Positions 30,914-40,650 of a stretch of DNA of 64,000 bases are shown one piece after another. The DNA is from an uncultured archaeon (GTDB lineage: Archaea; Asgardarchaeota; Thorarchaeia; Thorarchaeales; CAZPUN01). The notes under the pieces were generated by a model. The model did not search any database, was not told the DNA's origin, and worked only from the letters and a program-made list of their open reading frames with translations. Each line of letters begins with the position of its first letter. Position 1 is the stretch's first letter. The position numbers and the translations under genes were made by a program. The stretch is from assembly GCA_964589775.1 (NCBI GenBank), contig CAZPUN010000013.1:3863-67862 (forward strand), given 5' to 3'.

Positions 30914-32305
30914 TTATTTTCTTTTTGCATATTGGTACATTAAACCTAATACTTTTGCTGCAGTTTGTGGATCATTATATGTTGGTATTCTATGCTGTTC
31001 CAAAAATTCTGTTCCTGGTTTTGCAATTTCTCCTGCCATCCATACCGCGATAACTGGCTTTTCTGTCTTTGAATCTTTTATCGCTTCATAAACACCTTCT
31101 GCATGTTCTGTTCTTGTCATTCCCATGAATGTTGGTACTACGCAACATACAATTACTGCATCTACATTTTTATCTTCAAGTGCAATCTTTGTAGCATTAT
31201 AATAGTCTTTCTTATTTCCACTTGCAATTACATCAATTGGATTTGATTTTGACGCAATCGGTATTAATGTCTCATCTAATTTCTTTCTTGATTCTTGCGT
31301 AAATGTAGCTAGTGTTAAACCATACTTTGATAGTTCATCAGTTGTAAGAACTCCTGCTCCCCCTGCATTCGTTATAATTGCAACTTTATTACCTTTCGGG
31401 AGATTCTGAAAAGCAAATCCTAACGAGACATTAAATAGGTCATACAAATTATCTACTTCAATTGCTCCGACTTGTTTTATTACAGCTTCAAAAATCTTAT
31501 GTGATCCTGCTAATGATCCTGTATGTGATGAAACTGCTTTTGCACCCTCTGGTGATTTTCCTGCTTTTAAAATTACTAATGGTTTTTTCTCAGATGCATA
31601 TTTTGCAGCATCCATAAACTCTCTTCCATCTTTTACTCCTTCTACATATAATGCAATTACTTTTGTATGTTTGTCCTCTGAAATGATTTTTAATAATTCT
31701 GAAAATCCTATATCTGTGGAATTTCCAATACTTGCAAATTTGCTTAGACCAATACCCCGTTCTCTTAACCAGTATACTGAAGCTGCACCAAGAGCTCCGC
31801 TTTGTGAAATGAATGAAATATCTCCTTTATCTGGATCCATAATAAATGTACCATTAAAATTAATTGTCTTATTTATAATTCCAACACAATTTGGCCCTAT
31901 GAATCTTATATTATATTTTTTCGCAATTTCTTTCAATGAATTTTCTAATTTTTCTCCCTCTTCTCCAATTTCACTAAATCCTCCTGATAAGACTACAGCA
32001 TGATGTATGTTTTTCTTATGTAGATCCTCAAATAGATCTGGAATATATTTTGCAGGAATTATTATTATTGCTAAATCAATATCGTCTGGTATATCTAAAA
32101 CTGATTTGTAAGCTTTTACACCTAATATTTCATCATCTGACCTTGATATAGGATATATTGTTATTTCTGCCTTTTGTAAATTCTTCATTATCGTGTATCC
32201 AAACTTTTCAGGATTGTTTGATGCACCCACTAACGCTACTTTTTTGGGATAAAAGAATTTTTCTAATAAATTTATTAAATTTGTTTTATTTAACAAATTT
32301 ATCAA
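30914..32305 (-). CDS. acdA: acyl-CoA synthetase (ADP-forming) alpha subunit (CoA-binding plus ligase-CoA domains)
   Basis: CoA-binding VALVGASNNPEKFGYTIMKNL and succinyl-CoA-synthetase-like flavodoxin domains. No ATP-grasp beta subunit adjacent. Confidence 0.75.
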   Translation of the reverse strand: MINLLNKTNLINLLEKFFYPKKVALVGASNNPEKFGYTIMKNLQKAEITIYPISRSDDEILGVKAYKSVLDIPDDIDLAIIIIPAKYIPDLFEDLHKKNIHHAVVLSGGFSEIGEEGEKLENSLKEIAKKYNIRFIGPNCVGIINKTINFNGTFIMDPDKGDISFISQSGALGAASVYWLRERGIGLSKFASIGNSTDIGFSELLKIISEDKHTKVIALYVEGVKDGREFMDAAKYASEKKPLVILKAGKSPEGAKAVSSHTGSLAGSHKIFEAVIKQVGAIEVDNLYDLFNVSLGFAFQNLPKGNKVAIITNAGGAGVLTTDELSKYGLTLATFTQESRKKLDETLIPIASKSNPIDVIASGNKKDYYNATKIALEDKNVDAVIVCCVVPTFMGMTRTEHAEGVYEAIKDSKTEKPVIAVWMAGEIAKPGTEFLEQHRIPTYNDPQTAAKVLGLMYQYAKRK

Positions 32306-32398
32306 CCTCGCGTCCTTTATTTATGTTGATAGAAGTAAACTTTATTAAAAAGTCTATCCGTATACGATTTTGTATCCATAAAAAGAGGCGCGCCAATA

Positions 32399-32911
32399 AT
32401 GAATACAAAAGAACTTATGAAACATTATTCCGAAATAAAAAGAACTTTAAACGACCCTATTGTTAAAATATTGCTTGAAAACTCTCATTTAACTTTGAAA
32501 ATGCTTGAAACCCTTTTGATTGATATTCTTCTTGAGGACAAATATGACGAAAAAATTCCATATGATGTCAAAGCAAGAATACGTCAGATCGTTGGGGATA
32601 GTAACCGAAAAGGTGTATCGCGGGGAGCTTTTAATAGAACTTTACGTCAAGCGCGATTAAATATCATTAAGTCTATGTATACACTTTTACTTATTGGTTA
32701 TCTTGGATTATTGGATGGTCCTATTTTCCAGCCTTATATCTCTCTGTCTCAAAATATTCGAAATTTCATTGAAACACAAGATGAAGTTTGGTCTAGATAT
32801 CTTGAGGGTAAAGCTACTGAAGAAGATCTTGTAATTATCCAGACTTTGCAACAAAATATTGTTGGATTACTCCAGAATCTATCTCATCCTCTTTCACTCT
32901 CAAATAAATAA
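32399..32911 (+). CDS. hypothetical protein, possibly an HTH regulator
   Basis: 170 aa. Central segment VSRGAFNRTLRQARLNIIKSM is HTH-like. Confidence 0.3.
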   Translation: MNTKELMKHYSEIKRTLNDPIVKILLENSHLTLKMLETLLIDILLEDKYDEKIPYDVKARIRQIVGDSNRKGVSRGAFNRTLRQARLNIIKSMYTLLLIGYLGLLDGPIFQPYISLSQNIRNFIETQDEVWSRYLEGKATEEDLVIIQTLQQNIVGLLQNLSHPLSLSNK

Positions 32912-32961
32912 TATTTTTTATAATATTATTATTCTTATTTTTTCTATTAAATTTATTATGC

Positions 32962-35316
32962 TTATTTGAATATACCGTATATTGCTTGGCCAGCTGAAAT
33001 TCCTCCATCTCCTGGTGGTATTTTTCTATGTTGGATATATTGTATTTTTTCACTTTCTATTCTACGCTTCATAATTTCTGAAATATATGTATTTAATGCA
33101 ACCCCACCGGTAAATCCTATTTTTTTGACATCATACGTTTTTGCGAGATCTATCGCTATTGATGATAATCCAACTGCTATAGCATCTAATATTGCATATG
33201 CTATGTTCTCCCTAGAAATTCCTTTTTCAATAGCTTCATATACCTCTCTAAGAATGTTTTTGACATCAAGTATAATTAAATTATTATTTTTATTATTTAT
33301 AATATATTTATCTGATTTAATAATAAAATCTCCTTTCCTCGCACTAGCCTCAAGTTTCATTGGGCATTCGCCCTCATATGAATTTTCATTACAAATTCCT
33401 AATGCTAGTGCAGTTGCATCCAAAAATCTGCCCAGGCTTGTTGATTCAAATGCATTGATTCTTTGATCGATCTGCTTTAGTAGAATCTGCAATGTGTTTT
33501 CATTAAGAATTCTGTTCTCTGATATTTTTTTATTAAATATATTTTTCCTAATAATTTTATTATCTAATTCATCTTTCATATATGCTATAAGCGTCCTTAC
33601 AGGGTATTTTGCTGCAAGATCTCCTCCCGGTATAATAACTTTATTAATTGTAGCAATTCTATTAAATTTATTATAATTATTAAGAAAAATCTCACCACCC
33701 CAATTAGTACCGTCATTCCCATATCCATAGCCATCACAAGATATTGTTATCATTTCTTGATCCATTGGAATATTATTATCGACCATAAGTGAAAGTGCAT
33801 GTGCGAAATGATGTTGAATTTGTACGAATTTTGCCTGATATTTTCGAGATAATTCTTTTCCTAATTCCGTAGTATAAAAGTCTGGATGAAGATCTGATAC
33901 AACAATATCTGGTTTCTTTATTCCAAAAATTTTCATAAAATGATTTATGGCGTTGATTAGAAAATCTAGATTGTCTGGATTTTTTGTATCTCCAATATGC
34001 TGTGTCTGATATATTTTGTCGTTGATTAATATTGAAGCAGTGTTCTTTAGTTCAGCTCCAAGTGACAAAACAATTTTATCTGAAACAATGGGTATTTTGA
34101 TTGGCTCTGGAACATATCCTCTGGCTCTTCTTATGAATGTTGGAATTTCATTAATAAATTTAATAACACTATCATCAGCTCTTTGAATTATTCTTCTATT
34201 ATGCAATAAGTGATAATCAACAATTCCTGATGTATATTTTATTGCCATTTCTTGACTAATTGCCATAGGCTGACCTGATTCATTTGCACTTGTCATTACT
34301 AGAGTTGGTAGATCTAAATCATCAAATAATATGTAATGTGTTCCTGTGTATGGAAGCATTACTCCGACAGTATCTAATCCTGGTGCAATATATTTTGAAA
34401 TAAATTTATTATTTTTATTAGAAAAAATATTTTTATTAATTTTGATAGTTATAATAGGCCTTCTCCATGATTGTAATAGTTCAATCTCTTTTTCGCTTGG
34501 CTTAGCAAATTCTAGAAGGTCATCTATTGATCGGACCATTATTGCAAAAGGTCTACTTGGTCTTTTCTTTCTATTTCGTAATCTGATTATTATTGAATCT
34601 TCATAAGCTTTACAAGCTATATGAGTTCCACCTATTCCCATAATTGATACTATTTTATTTTGAATAATATATTCTGCAATTCTTTTAATTGGGTCTTCAC
34701 AGGGTATTTCAAATCCGTTTCTATCATAAACTCTATATTGTGGACCACAATTAGTGCAACATGTGGTTTGCGCATGAAATCGTCTATCTAACGGATCTGT
34801 ATATTCTTTATAACACTCATCACAAAATGGAAAATCCTTCATTGTCGTATTTGGCCTATCATAAGGTAGTTGAGTTATAGTTGTAAATCTTGGTCCACAT
34901 TCTGCACATGAAGTAAATGGATATCTATATCTTCTATATTCATTTTTTGAGAATAATTCTGAAATGCACTTATTACAAATTGCTATGTCGGGTGGAAATA
35001 TTGGTGTTTTTGATTTTTTATTTTCATCTGATTTTATAATATTAAATTTATTATACCTTTTATTTTTTATATTTTTATTAAATTTAATAATTTTATTATC
35101 TATCCTTCCAATTGATGGAATGTCATTTTCTAATTGATATAAGAATTTCTCAATATCTTGAAAATCCCCTTCAACAACAATTTTTACTTTTCCATCGCCA
35201 GTATTTTTTACATATCCTGTTAAATTATTCTTTATAGCGATCCTATATACAAAGGGTCGGAATCCAATTCCTTGTACTATTCCTGTAACTTCTATATCTG
35301 CTCTAGTTTGCACCAC
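32962..35316 (-). CDS. hypF: [NiFe]-hydrogenase maturation carbamoyltransferase HypF
   Basis: N-terminal acylphosphatase, two CxxC-x18-CxxC zinc fingers (CNKCISELF..CAECGPRF; CDECYKEY..CTNCGPQY), then YrdC-like and Kae1-like C-terminal domains. 784 aa. Confidence 0.9.
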   Translation of the reverse strand: MVQTRADIEVTGIVQGIGFRPFVYRIAIKNNLTGYVKNTGDGKVKIVVEGDFQDIEKFLYQLENDIPSIGRIDNKIIKFNKNIKNKRYNKFNIIKSDENKKSKTPIFPPDIAICNKCISELFSKNEYRRYRYPFTSCAECGPRFTTITQLPYDRPNTTMKDFPFCDECYKEYTDPLDRRFHAQTTCCTNCGPQYRVYDRNGFEIPCEDPIKRIAEYIIQNKIVSIMGIGGTHIACKAYEDSIIIRLRNRKKRPSRPFAIMVRSIDDLLEFAKPSEKEIELLQSWRRPIITIKINKNIFSNKNNKFISKYIAPGLDTVGVMLPYTGTHYILFDDLDLPTLVMTSANESGQPMAISQEMAIKYTSGIVDYHLLHNRRIIQRADDSVIKFINEIPTFIRRARGYVPEPIKIPIVSDKIVLSLGAELKNTASILINDKIYQTQHIGDTKNPDNLDFLINAINHFMKIFGIKKPDIVVSDLHPDFYTTELGKELSRKYQAKFVQIQHHFAHALSLMVDNNIPMDQEMITISCDGYGYGNDGTNWGGEIFLNNYNKFNRIATINKVIIPGGDLAAKYPVRTLIAYMKDELDNKIIRKNIFNKKISENRILNENTLQILLKQIDQRINAFESTSLGRFLDATALALGICNENSYEGECPMKLEASARKGDFIIKSDKYIINNKNNNLIILDVKNILREVYEAIEKGISRENIAYAILDAIAVGLSSIAIDLAKTYDVKKIGFTGGVALNTYISEIMKRRIESEKIQYIQHRKIPPGDGGISAGQAIYGIFK

Positions 35317-35464
35317 AATTCCTCATTTCTATGATTTTTACTAATATTTATTGCGATAAATTAAAATGTATTCCGATTGTAATACATAAAATAAAATTAT
35401 AATTTCCAATAAATTTATTTGAAATAATAAAATTAATAATTTAATTATATTTAATAGGAGAGAT

Positions 35465-36436
35465 GTGGTTGCAATGATTATAGATGAATCTGCATTTTTC
35501 AAGCATTTTAACGTACGTAAGGAGACAATACAAAAGTGGCATAATAAAGTAGGTTTTTCGTCCTCCCCGTTTAAAGGATTCAAAATGCCTGACCCTAGAT
35601 TATATGTTGAGCACTCCGAATTTTTGGATGAAATGGTTGATATTATTATCACAAATGAACGACATATATTTTTAAGAGGTCCTATCGGTATTGGAAAATC
35701 AACTCTAATGCTTTTAGCTTTGAGAGACCTTCCAAATCTAACAGATAGACGTGGTCGTGAATTTGTTGTTGGCTATGTTGGTATGACGGGCTTATACGAA
35801 AAGCAAATGGCAGCTGCAATAGCTAATGCTTTGCGTATTAAATATAAACGAAGCTGGGAATCGCAACAAATTATTGATGAAATAGCTAAAGTTACACTGA
35901 AACGATATATTGAAGAAAACAAAAGATCTGTACTGTTTATTGAAGATGTAGCTGATAATCAAGAAAACAGTTTTCATAAACTTAGATATTTAGCAGATCT
36001 TCCATCGCAAGAAATGATTGATGAATATCATATTGATGAACCAATTATTACTCTTGTTATGAGTGGTACTCCCGAATATTGGTCTGCAATGGTTAACTTC
36101 TTACCACAAATTGCAGATCGTACAGAACCTCTAGACGTTCCCCCAATGAATGTTGATCAAACAAAAGAATTCATCGGGCGTCGTATATATTATGCTCGGG
36201 GTGATTTAGATAATTTTGACCCTAACGATTATGACCTTTATCCCTTTGAGGTAGAGGCTGTTGAAGTTCTACATGATGCAGCAAAGGGTGTGCCTCGTGA
36301 TATTCGAATGTTGGGTCGTGCATGTGAGCAACTAGCGGCTGAGAATTATAAAAATACTAATGACCCTGTCATATCCCAGAAAATTGCTGAATTGGTTGCT
36401 GAAGCATATCAATCAATTTTTGAGGAGGTTAAATAA
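35465..36436 (+). CDS. ExeA/TniB-like AAA+ ATPase (AAA_22 family), orphan
   Basis: Walker A LRGPIGIGKSTL, Walker B VLFIEDV, sensor LVMSGT, and C-terminal AAKGVPRDIRMLGRACEQ resembling ExeA GxPRxINxLCdrAL. Confidence 0.5.
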   Translation: MVAMIIDESAFFKHFNVRKETIQKWHNKVGFSSSPFKGFKMPDPRLYVEHSEFLDEMVDIIITNERHIFLRGPIGIGKSTLMLLALRDLPNLTDRRGREFVVGYVGMTGLYEKQMAAAIANALRIKYKRSWESQQIIDEIAKVTLKRYIEENKRSVLFIEDVADNQENSFHKLRYLADLPSQEMIDEYHIDEPIITLVMSGTPEYWSAMVNFLPQIADRTEPLDVPPMNVDQTKEFIGRRIYYARGDLDNFDPNDYDLYPFEVEAVEVLHDAAKGVPRDIRMLGRACEQLAAENYKNTNDPVISQKIAELVAEAYQSIFEEVK

Positions 36437-36735
36437 TGCCCACTGTATTAGGAAAATATCGGAAAGAGGTATTAGAGCCTCCTGAGAAAAAAACAACTCA
36501 TGTATCAAAAGAACCTACAAAAACTAAAGTAACTGCAAAAAAACGAGGTCGAAAGCCTATTCCTGATAAACGTGTGATTTTTACATGTAGTATCGAATCT
36601 GATTTATTAGAATGCCTTAAAACCATTAGTAAAGAACAGTTTTTAAATTTAAGTCGATGGACTGAACAGAAATTAATTCAAGCGGTTATTCGTGAATTTC
36701 CAGAATATGCAGAAAAATATGGAATTAAAAAATAA
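36436..36735 (+). CDS. basic AT-hook / ribbon-helix-helix-like small DNA-binding protein
   Basis: KKRGRKPIP followed by KRVIFTCSIESDLLECLKTISKEQFLNLSRWTEQKLIQAVI (RHH-like). ATGA overlap with the ATPase gene. Confidence 0.4.
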   Translation: MPTVLGKYRKEVLEPPEKKTTHVSKEPTKTKVTAKKRGRKPIPDKRVIFTCSIESDLLECLKTISKEQFLNLSRWTEQKLIQAVIREFPEYAEKYGIKK

Positions 36736-36878
36736 ATTTATTATTGTTTATATTTTTATTATTTTTATTTTTTATATTATTTTTATTATTCCTATTATTA
36801 ATAATCTTTACACAATATTTTTATGTATATTATATTATCCAAAAATTGTTAGTGAATTACTACTGGAGTGATATATCA

Positions 36879-37145
36879 ATGGAAAATCGTGCACTAAGTA
36901 TCATGAAATCCTTTGCGGTACTAATGGGGCTTGCATCATTAGCTGGTATTGGTATATTTTTTGTATTTGACATTGCATTAACTATAAAATCAATGAGTCT
37001 TCCATGGCTAGCCATATATTCATTTGTAATTACCTTTGCAAGTATCAAGCTTATGGAAGAAAATCCATCAAAAAGCTATTTTAATCAATGGATTATTGGA
37101 TTAGTCTTTGGAGCATTTCTAGTGGCTTTAATATTCATTGTGTAA
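36879..37145 (+). CDS. small membrane protein (about 3 TM)
   Basis: Hydrophobic ORF. The ORF-track 5' extension (36744-36878) is AT-rich simple sequence and probably non-coding. Confidence 0.35.
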   Translation: MENRALSIMKSFAVLMGLASLAGIGIFFVFDIALTIKSMSLPWLAIYSFVITFASIKLMEENPSKSYFNQWIIGLVFGAFLVALIFIV

Positions 37146-37161
37146 AAAGGAGGATTTTTAA

Positions 37162-37797
37162 TTGTCTAAAGTTCTACCTGGTACAAAAGCAACGCGTATG
37201 GAATTACTTAGATTAAAGACACGACTGAAATTAGCGAATCGTGGTCATGATCTTTTAAAGGAAAAGCGCGATGCTTTGATTATGGAATTCTTTAATGTAA
37301 TTGAGGATGTTAAAAAAGCCAGACATGAAGTTAATGTTGCATTAGAAAATGCATTTAGAGCATTGACACGCGCTAAAATGTCTATGGGTGTTACAAAACT
37401 AGCAGAAACCGCAATGCAAATGGATGTTTCATTAAATCTTGAAACTTTTACAAAAAACATAATGGGTGTACGGACTCCTATCTACAAATTTACAAAAAAA
37501 GTTCCTGAGCTTCCATATAATCTTGTAGATACAAGTCCACAATTAGATGATGCAATTGATGAATTTAATGAGGCATTAAACAAAATTATCGTTCTTGCCG
37601 AAAAAGAATCTGAAGTTGAACGACTTGTTACAGAAATTGAAAGAACAAAGCGCCGAGTTAATGCATTAAAATATATTGTCATTCCCCGACTTGAAGCTAC
37701 AGTTCGTTTTATTAAATTACAATTAGAAGAACATGAGCGAGAAGACTTCTTTAGACTTAAACGTGTCAAAGATATGCTCGAGGCGGGATCTGATTAA
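37162..37797 (+). CDS. atpD: A/V-type ATP synthase subunit D
   Basis: TRMELLRLKTRLKLANRGHDLLKEKRDALIMEF and coiled-coil length of 211 aa. TTG start after AAAGGAGGA. Confidence 0.8.
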   Translation: MSKVLPGTKATRMELLRLKTRLKLANRGHDLLKEKRDALIMEFFNVIEDVKKARHEVNVALENAFRALTRAKMSMGVTKLAETAMQMDVSLNLETFTKNIMGVRTPIYKFTKKVPELPYNLVDTSPQLDDAIDEFNEALNKIIVLAEKESEVERLVTEIERTKRRVNALKYIVIPRLEATVRFIKLQLEEHEREDFFRLKRVKDMLEAGSD

Positions 37798-37862
37798 TCC
37801 CGCTTTTATTAAACTTATTACATATATTATTTTAAATAAAATTATTAAGAAAATTATTTTTA

Positions 37863-38228
37863 TTATGATTTTAACATCATTATAGCTCGAGCTAAATCTC
37901 CATTAGTTTCTTCTAATGCTTTCTTTGCAGCTTCTGGCGAGGCACCTGTTTGTGCAACAACTAGTGAAATATCCTCTGGAGCTATTTCGATCTTTTCAGT
38001 TTCTTCTTTTTGAGTACTTATTCTCTCGGATTTCTTTCCAATTATTTGATAGATTTCTTGACCGGCTTGTATAATTAATGAAATTTGCGGATTTTTTATA
38101 ACCCATTCTTTACCTTCGAATTTAATAACGACCTCCTTTGCGCCTTCTACCTCTTTTGTTGAAATTCCCATTTGTTTCATTAGTCTTTTCATTTGTCTTG
38201 GGTTAAGACCTCTTGCCATTTTATTCAC
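37863..38228 (-). CDS. nac: nascent polypeptide-associated complex alpha subunit
   Basis: NAC domain followed by a UBA-like C-terminus (SPEAAKKALEETNGDLARAIMML). Confidence 0.8.
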   Translation of the reverse strand: MNKMARGLNPRQMKRLMKQMGISTKEVEGAKEVVIKFEGKEWVIKNPQISLIIQAGQEIYQIIGKKSERISTQKEETEKIEIAPEDISLVVAQTGASPEAAKKALEETNGDLARAIMMLKS

Positions 38229-39075
38229 CTGATTTTTTTATACTAAAATCTATAGCCATATGTTTTACATACGGAGAATAATTTTTTATAAATCGGTAAT
38301 TTAATTTTATCATTTCATAATTTTTTATTTTTAATTGTTTATTTATATAATCTGTTATTTCATTTAATTGTTCATTATTGTGTACAGATATATGCATAAT
38401 AATTCTTCCGCCTTGTTCCTTAAGACCTTTCAATGCTGCTTGAATATATCTATGTGTTGAATGCAAATATCCCATAATTATTAAATCTGCTTTATTTGAT
38501 GGGATTACTTTCCTTGAATCACCCAATATTGGTGTGATATTTTTTATTTTATTTAATTTAATACCTTCTATCAAGTAATCGAATGCTTTTGGATTAATTT
38601 CGATTGAGATTACTTCCTTTGGTTTTGCGCCTATTGCAACAGGAAAACTAAATTGCCCCACGCATGCAAACATATCAATAACAATCTTGTTTGGAAGATT
38701 CATGTTATATAATCTTAATCGTTCCCTTTGGTTTCCAAGTGAAAAAGTAATCTCAGTGGGATCCAGTACATACTTTATCCCATTTTCAATATGTACTGTT
38801 TTCGTAGATTCCTCGCCATATACTATTTCATATTTTACATTGCGGGTAATATATTGCGATTTTTCCTTTTGTATTGCTACAGTTCTAATTTTGTTATTCC
38901 ATTCCTGAATTAGTTTTGAAATACTTACTATGTGGGGTTCTAATATGGGTTCTATTTTTAGTAGTGCAACATGTCCTATAATTTTAATAGTCTTTGGAAG
39001 TACTTCTAATTCTTTATCTGTCAGAATGTCCTGTAAATGTGTCTTTAGAAATTTTTTTAATGGAATGTTTGTCAT
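38221..39075 (-). CDS. tRNA methyltransferase, Trm5/Taw2 (Met-10+) family
   Basis: SAM motifs VIDMFACVGQFSFPVA and VISIEINPKAFDYL. Confidence 0.65.
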   Translation of the reverse strand: MTNIPLKKFLKTHLQDILTDKELEVLPKTIKIIGHVALLKIEPILEPHIVSISKLIQEWNNKIRTVAIQKEKSQYITRNVKYEIVYGEESTKTVHIENGIKYVLDPTEITFSLGNQRERLRLYNMNLPNKIVIDMFACVGQFSFPVAIGAKPKEVISIEINPKAFDYLIEGIKLNKIKNITPILGDSRKVIPSNKADLIIMGYLHSTHRYIQAALKGLKEQGGRIIMHISVHNNEQLNEITDYINKQLKIKNYEMIKLNYRFIKNYSPYVKHMAIDFSIKKSGE

Positions 39076-39367
39076 GTTGATCTCCTACAAAACGTATTGA
39101 ACCAAAGTTTTAAGAAGGTATTATGCGAAAGAATCATTTGAAATTAATCATCATGGGATATGATAAAAAATCCCATTTGTATTACAATCATTAAAAATAT
39201 CAATCTTAAGATAAATGCATAATTGATGATTTATGATTATCAATGATTTCACAATGCATTGTGAATTGAATGATTGATAATTTCGTGATCATGCTACAAG
39301 AAATTGTGGGCAATCATATTTCAAATCAATTATATTATCATAATCACGCTTATAGGAGAAAACTCGT

Positions 39368-40630
39368 ATGGGAACGGATTACGATGCTAGTTCAACAAAG
39401 TATGTTATAAAAGCGAGAATTGAAGTCGATGGGGTTGTTGAAAACCCTGATGTTATTGGTGCTATATTTGGTCAAACTGAAGGTCTTCTTGGTGAAGAAC
39501 TTGACCTTCGTGAATTACAAAAATCCGGCCGTATTGGTCGTATACAAATAAGTATGAAATCCCAAGGCGGGCATAGCCGAGGTGAAATTATTATTCCATT
39601 AAGTATGGACCGTGTCGGAACTGCTATTCTGGCTGCATCTCTAGAAACAGTCGATCGAATAGGTCCCTGTTCTGCTAGGATTACTCTAGAAAAAATAGAG
39701 GATGTCCGAGATGCTAAACGAAAACGCATTATCGGGCGTGCTGTATCAATTCTTAAGAACTGGGAGGAACAAATCTCCCCAGGTGCGGACGAAATTACGG
39801 ATGAAGTAATTAAAGCAGCTAGAATTAGTGATATTATACGATATGGTCCTGAAGGATTACCTGCTGGATCTGCAGTTGAGGAAAGTCCCTCAATTATTGT
39901 TGTTGAGGGTCGAGCCGATGTGCTTTTACTTCTTAAATATGGAATTAAGAATGTAATTGCAGTGCAGGGTACTCATATTCCTAAGACAGTCATCGAACTT
40001 AGCAAACGAAAAAATGTTACGGCCTTTGTCGATGGTGATCGCGGCGGAGAACTAATATTAAAAGAACTATTGCAAGTAGCAAATATTGATTATATTGCGC
40101 GAGCTCCCGAAGGAAAGGAAGTTGAAGACCTTTCTAAAAAGGAAGTTTTCGCCGCACTTCAAGCAAAAGTTCCGGCAGATCAATATTTCACGCATGAAAA
40201 GCGTCATATTCATCATGAGCGAAGAAAGAAAGAATCTACTATTGAGAAGCGTGAAACAAGATCCCGTGAAAAACCTGAGCCTAAAAAAGTCATTCAAAAA
40301 GTCAAAAAGGCAGTTCGTCCAAAGAAAGTATTAAAGTTTCCCATTGAAATTATTGAAAAAGCAGAAAATATCAAAGAAACATTAACTGCAATTTTACTTT
40401 CAGATGATTATTCAGTAGTTGATACAATTCCTGTTGCTGAACTCGCTGAAAAATTACAGAATATTGAACATGGTACAGTAAAAAGTATAATATTTGATGG
40501 TGTCATAACGCAACGATTAGTAGATATTGCAAGTTCAATCGGTGTAAAAACCATAATTGGCGCTAGAATTGGTAATATTACAAAACGACCTATCAATCTT
40601 AAAATTGCGACATTTAAAGATCTTGAATGA
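39368..40630 (+). CDS. dnaG: DNA primase DnaG (archaeal Toprim type)
   Basis: Toprim VVEGRADVLLLLKYG...FVDGDRGGELI and conserved N-terminal domain. 420 aa. Confidence 0.85.
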   Translation: MGTDYDASSTKYVIKARIEVDGVVENPDVIGAIFGQTEGLLGEELDLRELQKSGRIGRIQISMKSQGGHSRGEIIIPLSMDRVGTAILAASLETVDRIGPCSARITLEKIEDVRDAKRKRIIGRAVSILKNWEEQISPGADEITDEVIKAARISDIIRYGPEGLPAGSAVEESPSIIVVEGRADVLLLLKYGIKNVIAVQGTHIPKTVIELSKRKNVTAFVDGDRGGELILKELLQVANIDYIARAPEGKEVEDLSKKEVFAALQAKVPADQYFTHEKRHIHHERRKKESTIEKRETRSREKPEPKKVIQKVKKAVRPKKVLKFPIEIIEKAENIKETLTAILLSDDYSVVDTIPVAELAEKLQNIEHGTVKSIIFDGVITQRLVDIASSIGVKTIIGARIGNITKRPINLKIATFKDLE

Positions 40631-40650
40631 GATTAATGTGAGGTATTAAA

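Noticed and set aside
36744-36878. N-terminal 45 codons of the ORF-track membrane protein
   Set aside because: The region is AT-rich simple sequence (poly-Phe/Leu/Ile translation) with no RBS. The start was moved to the Met at 36879.
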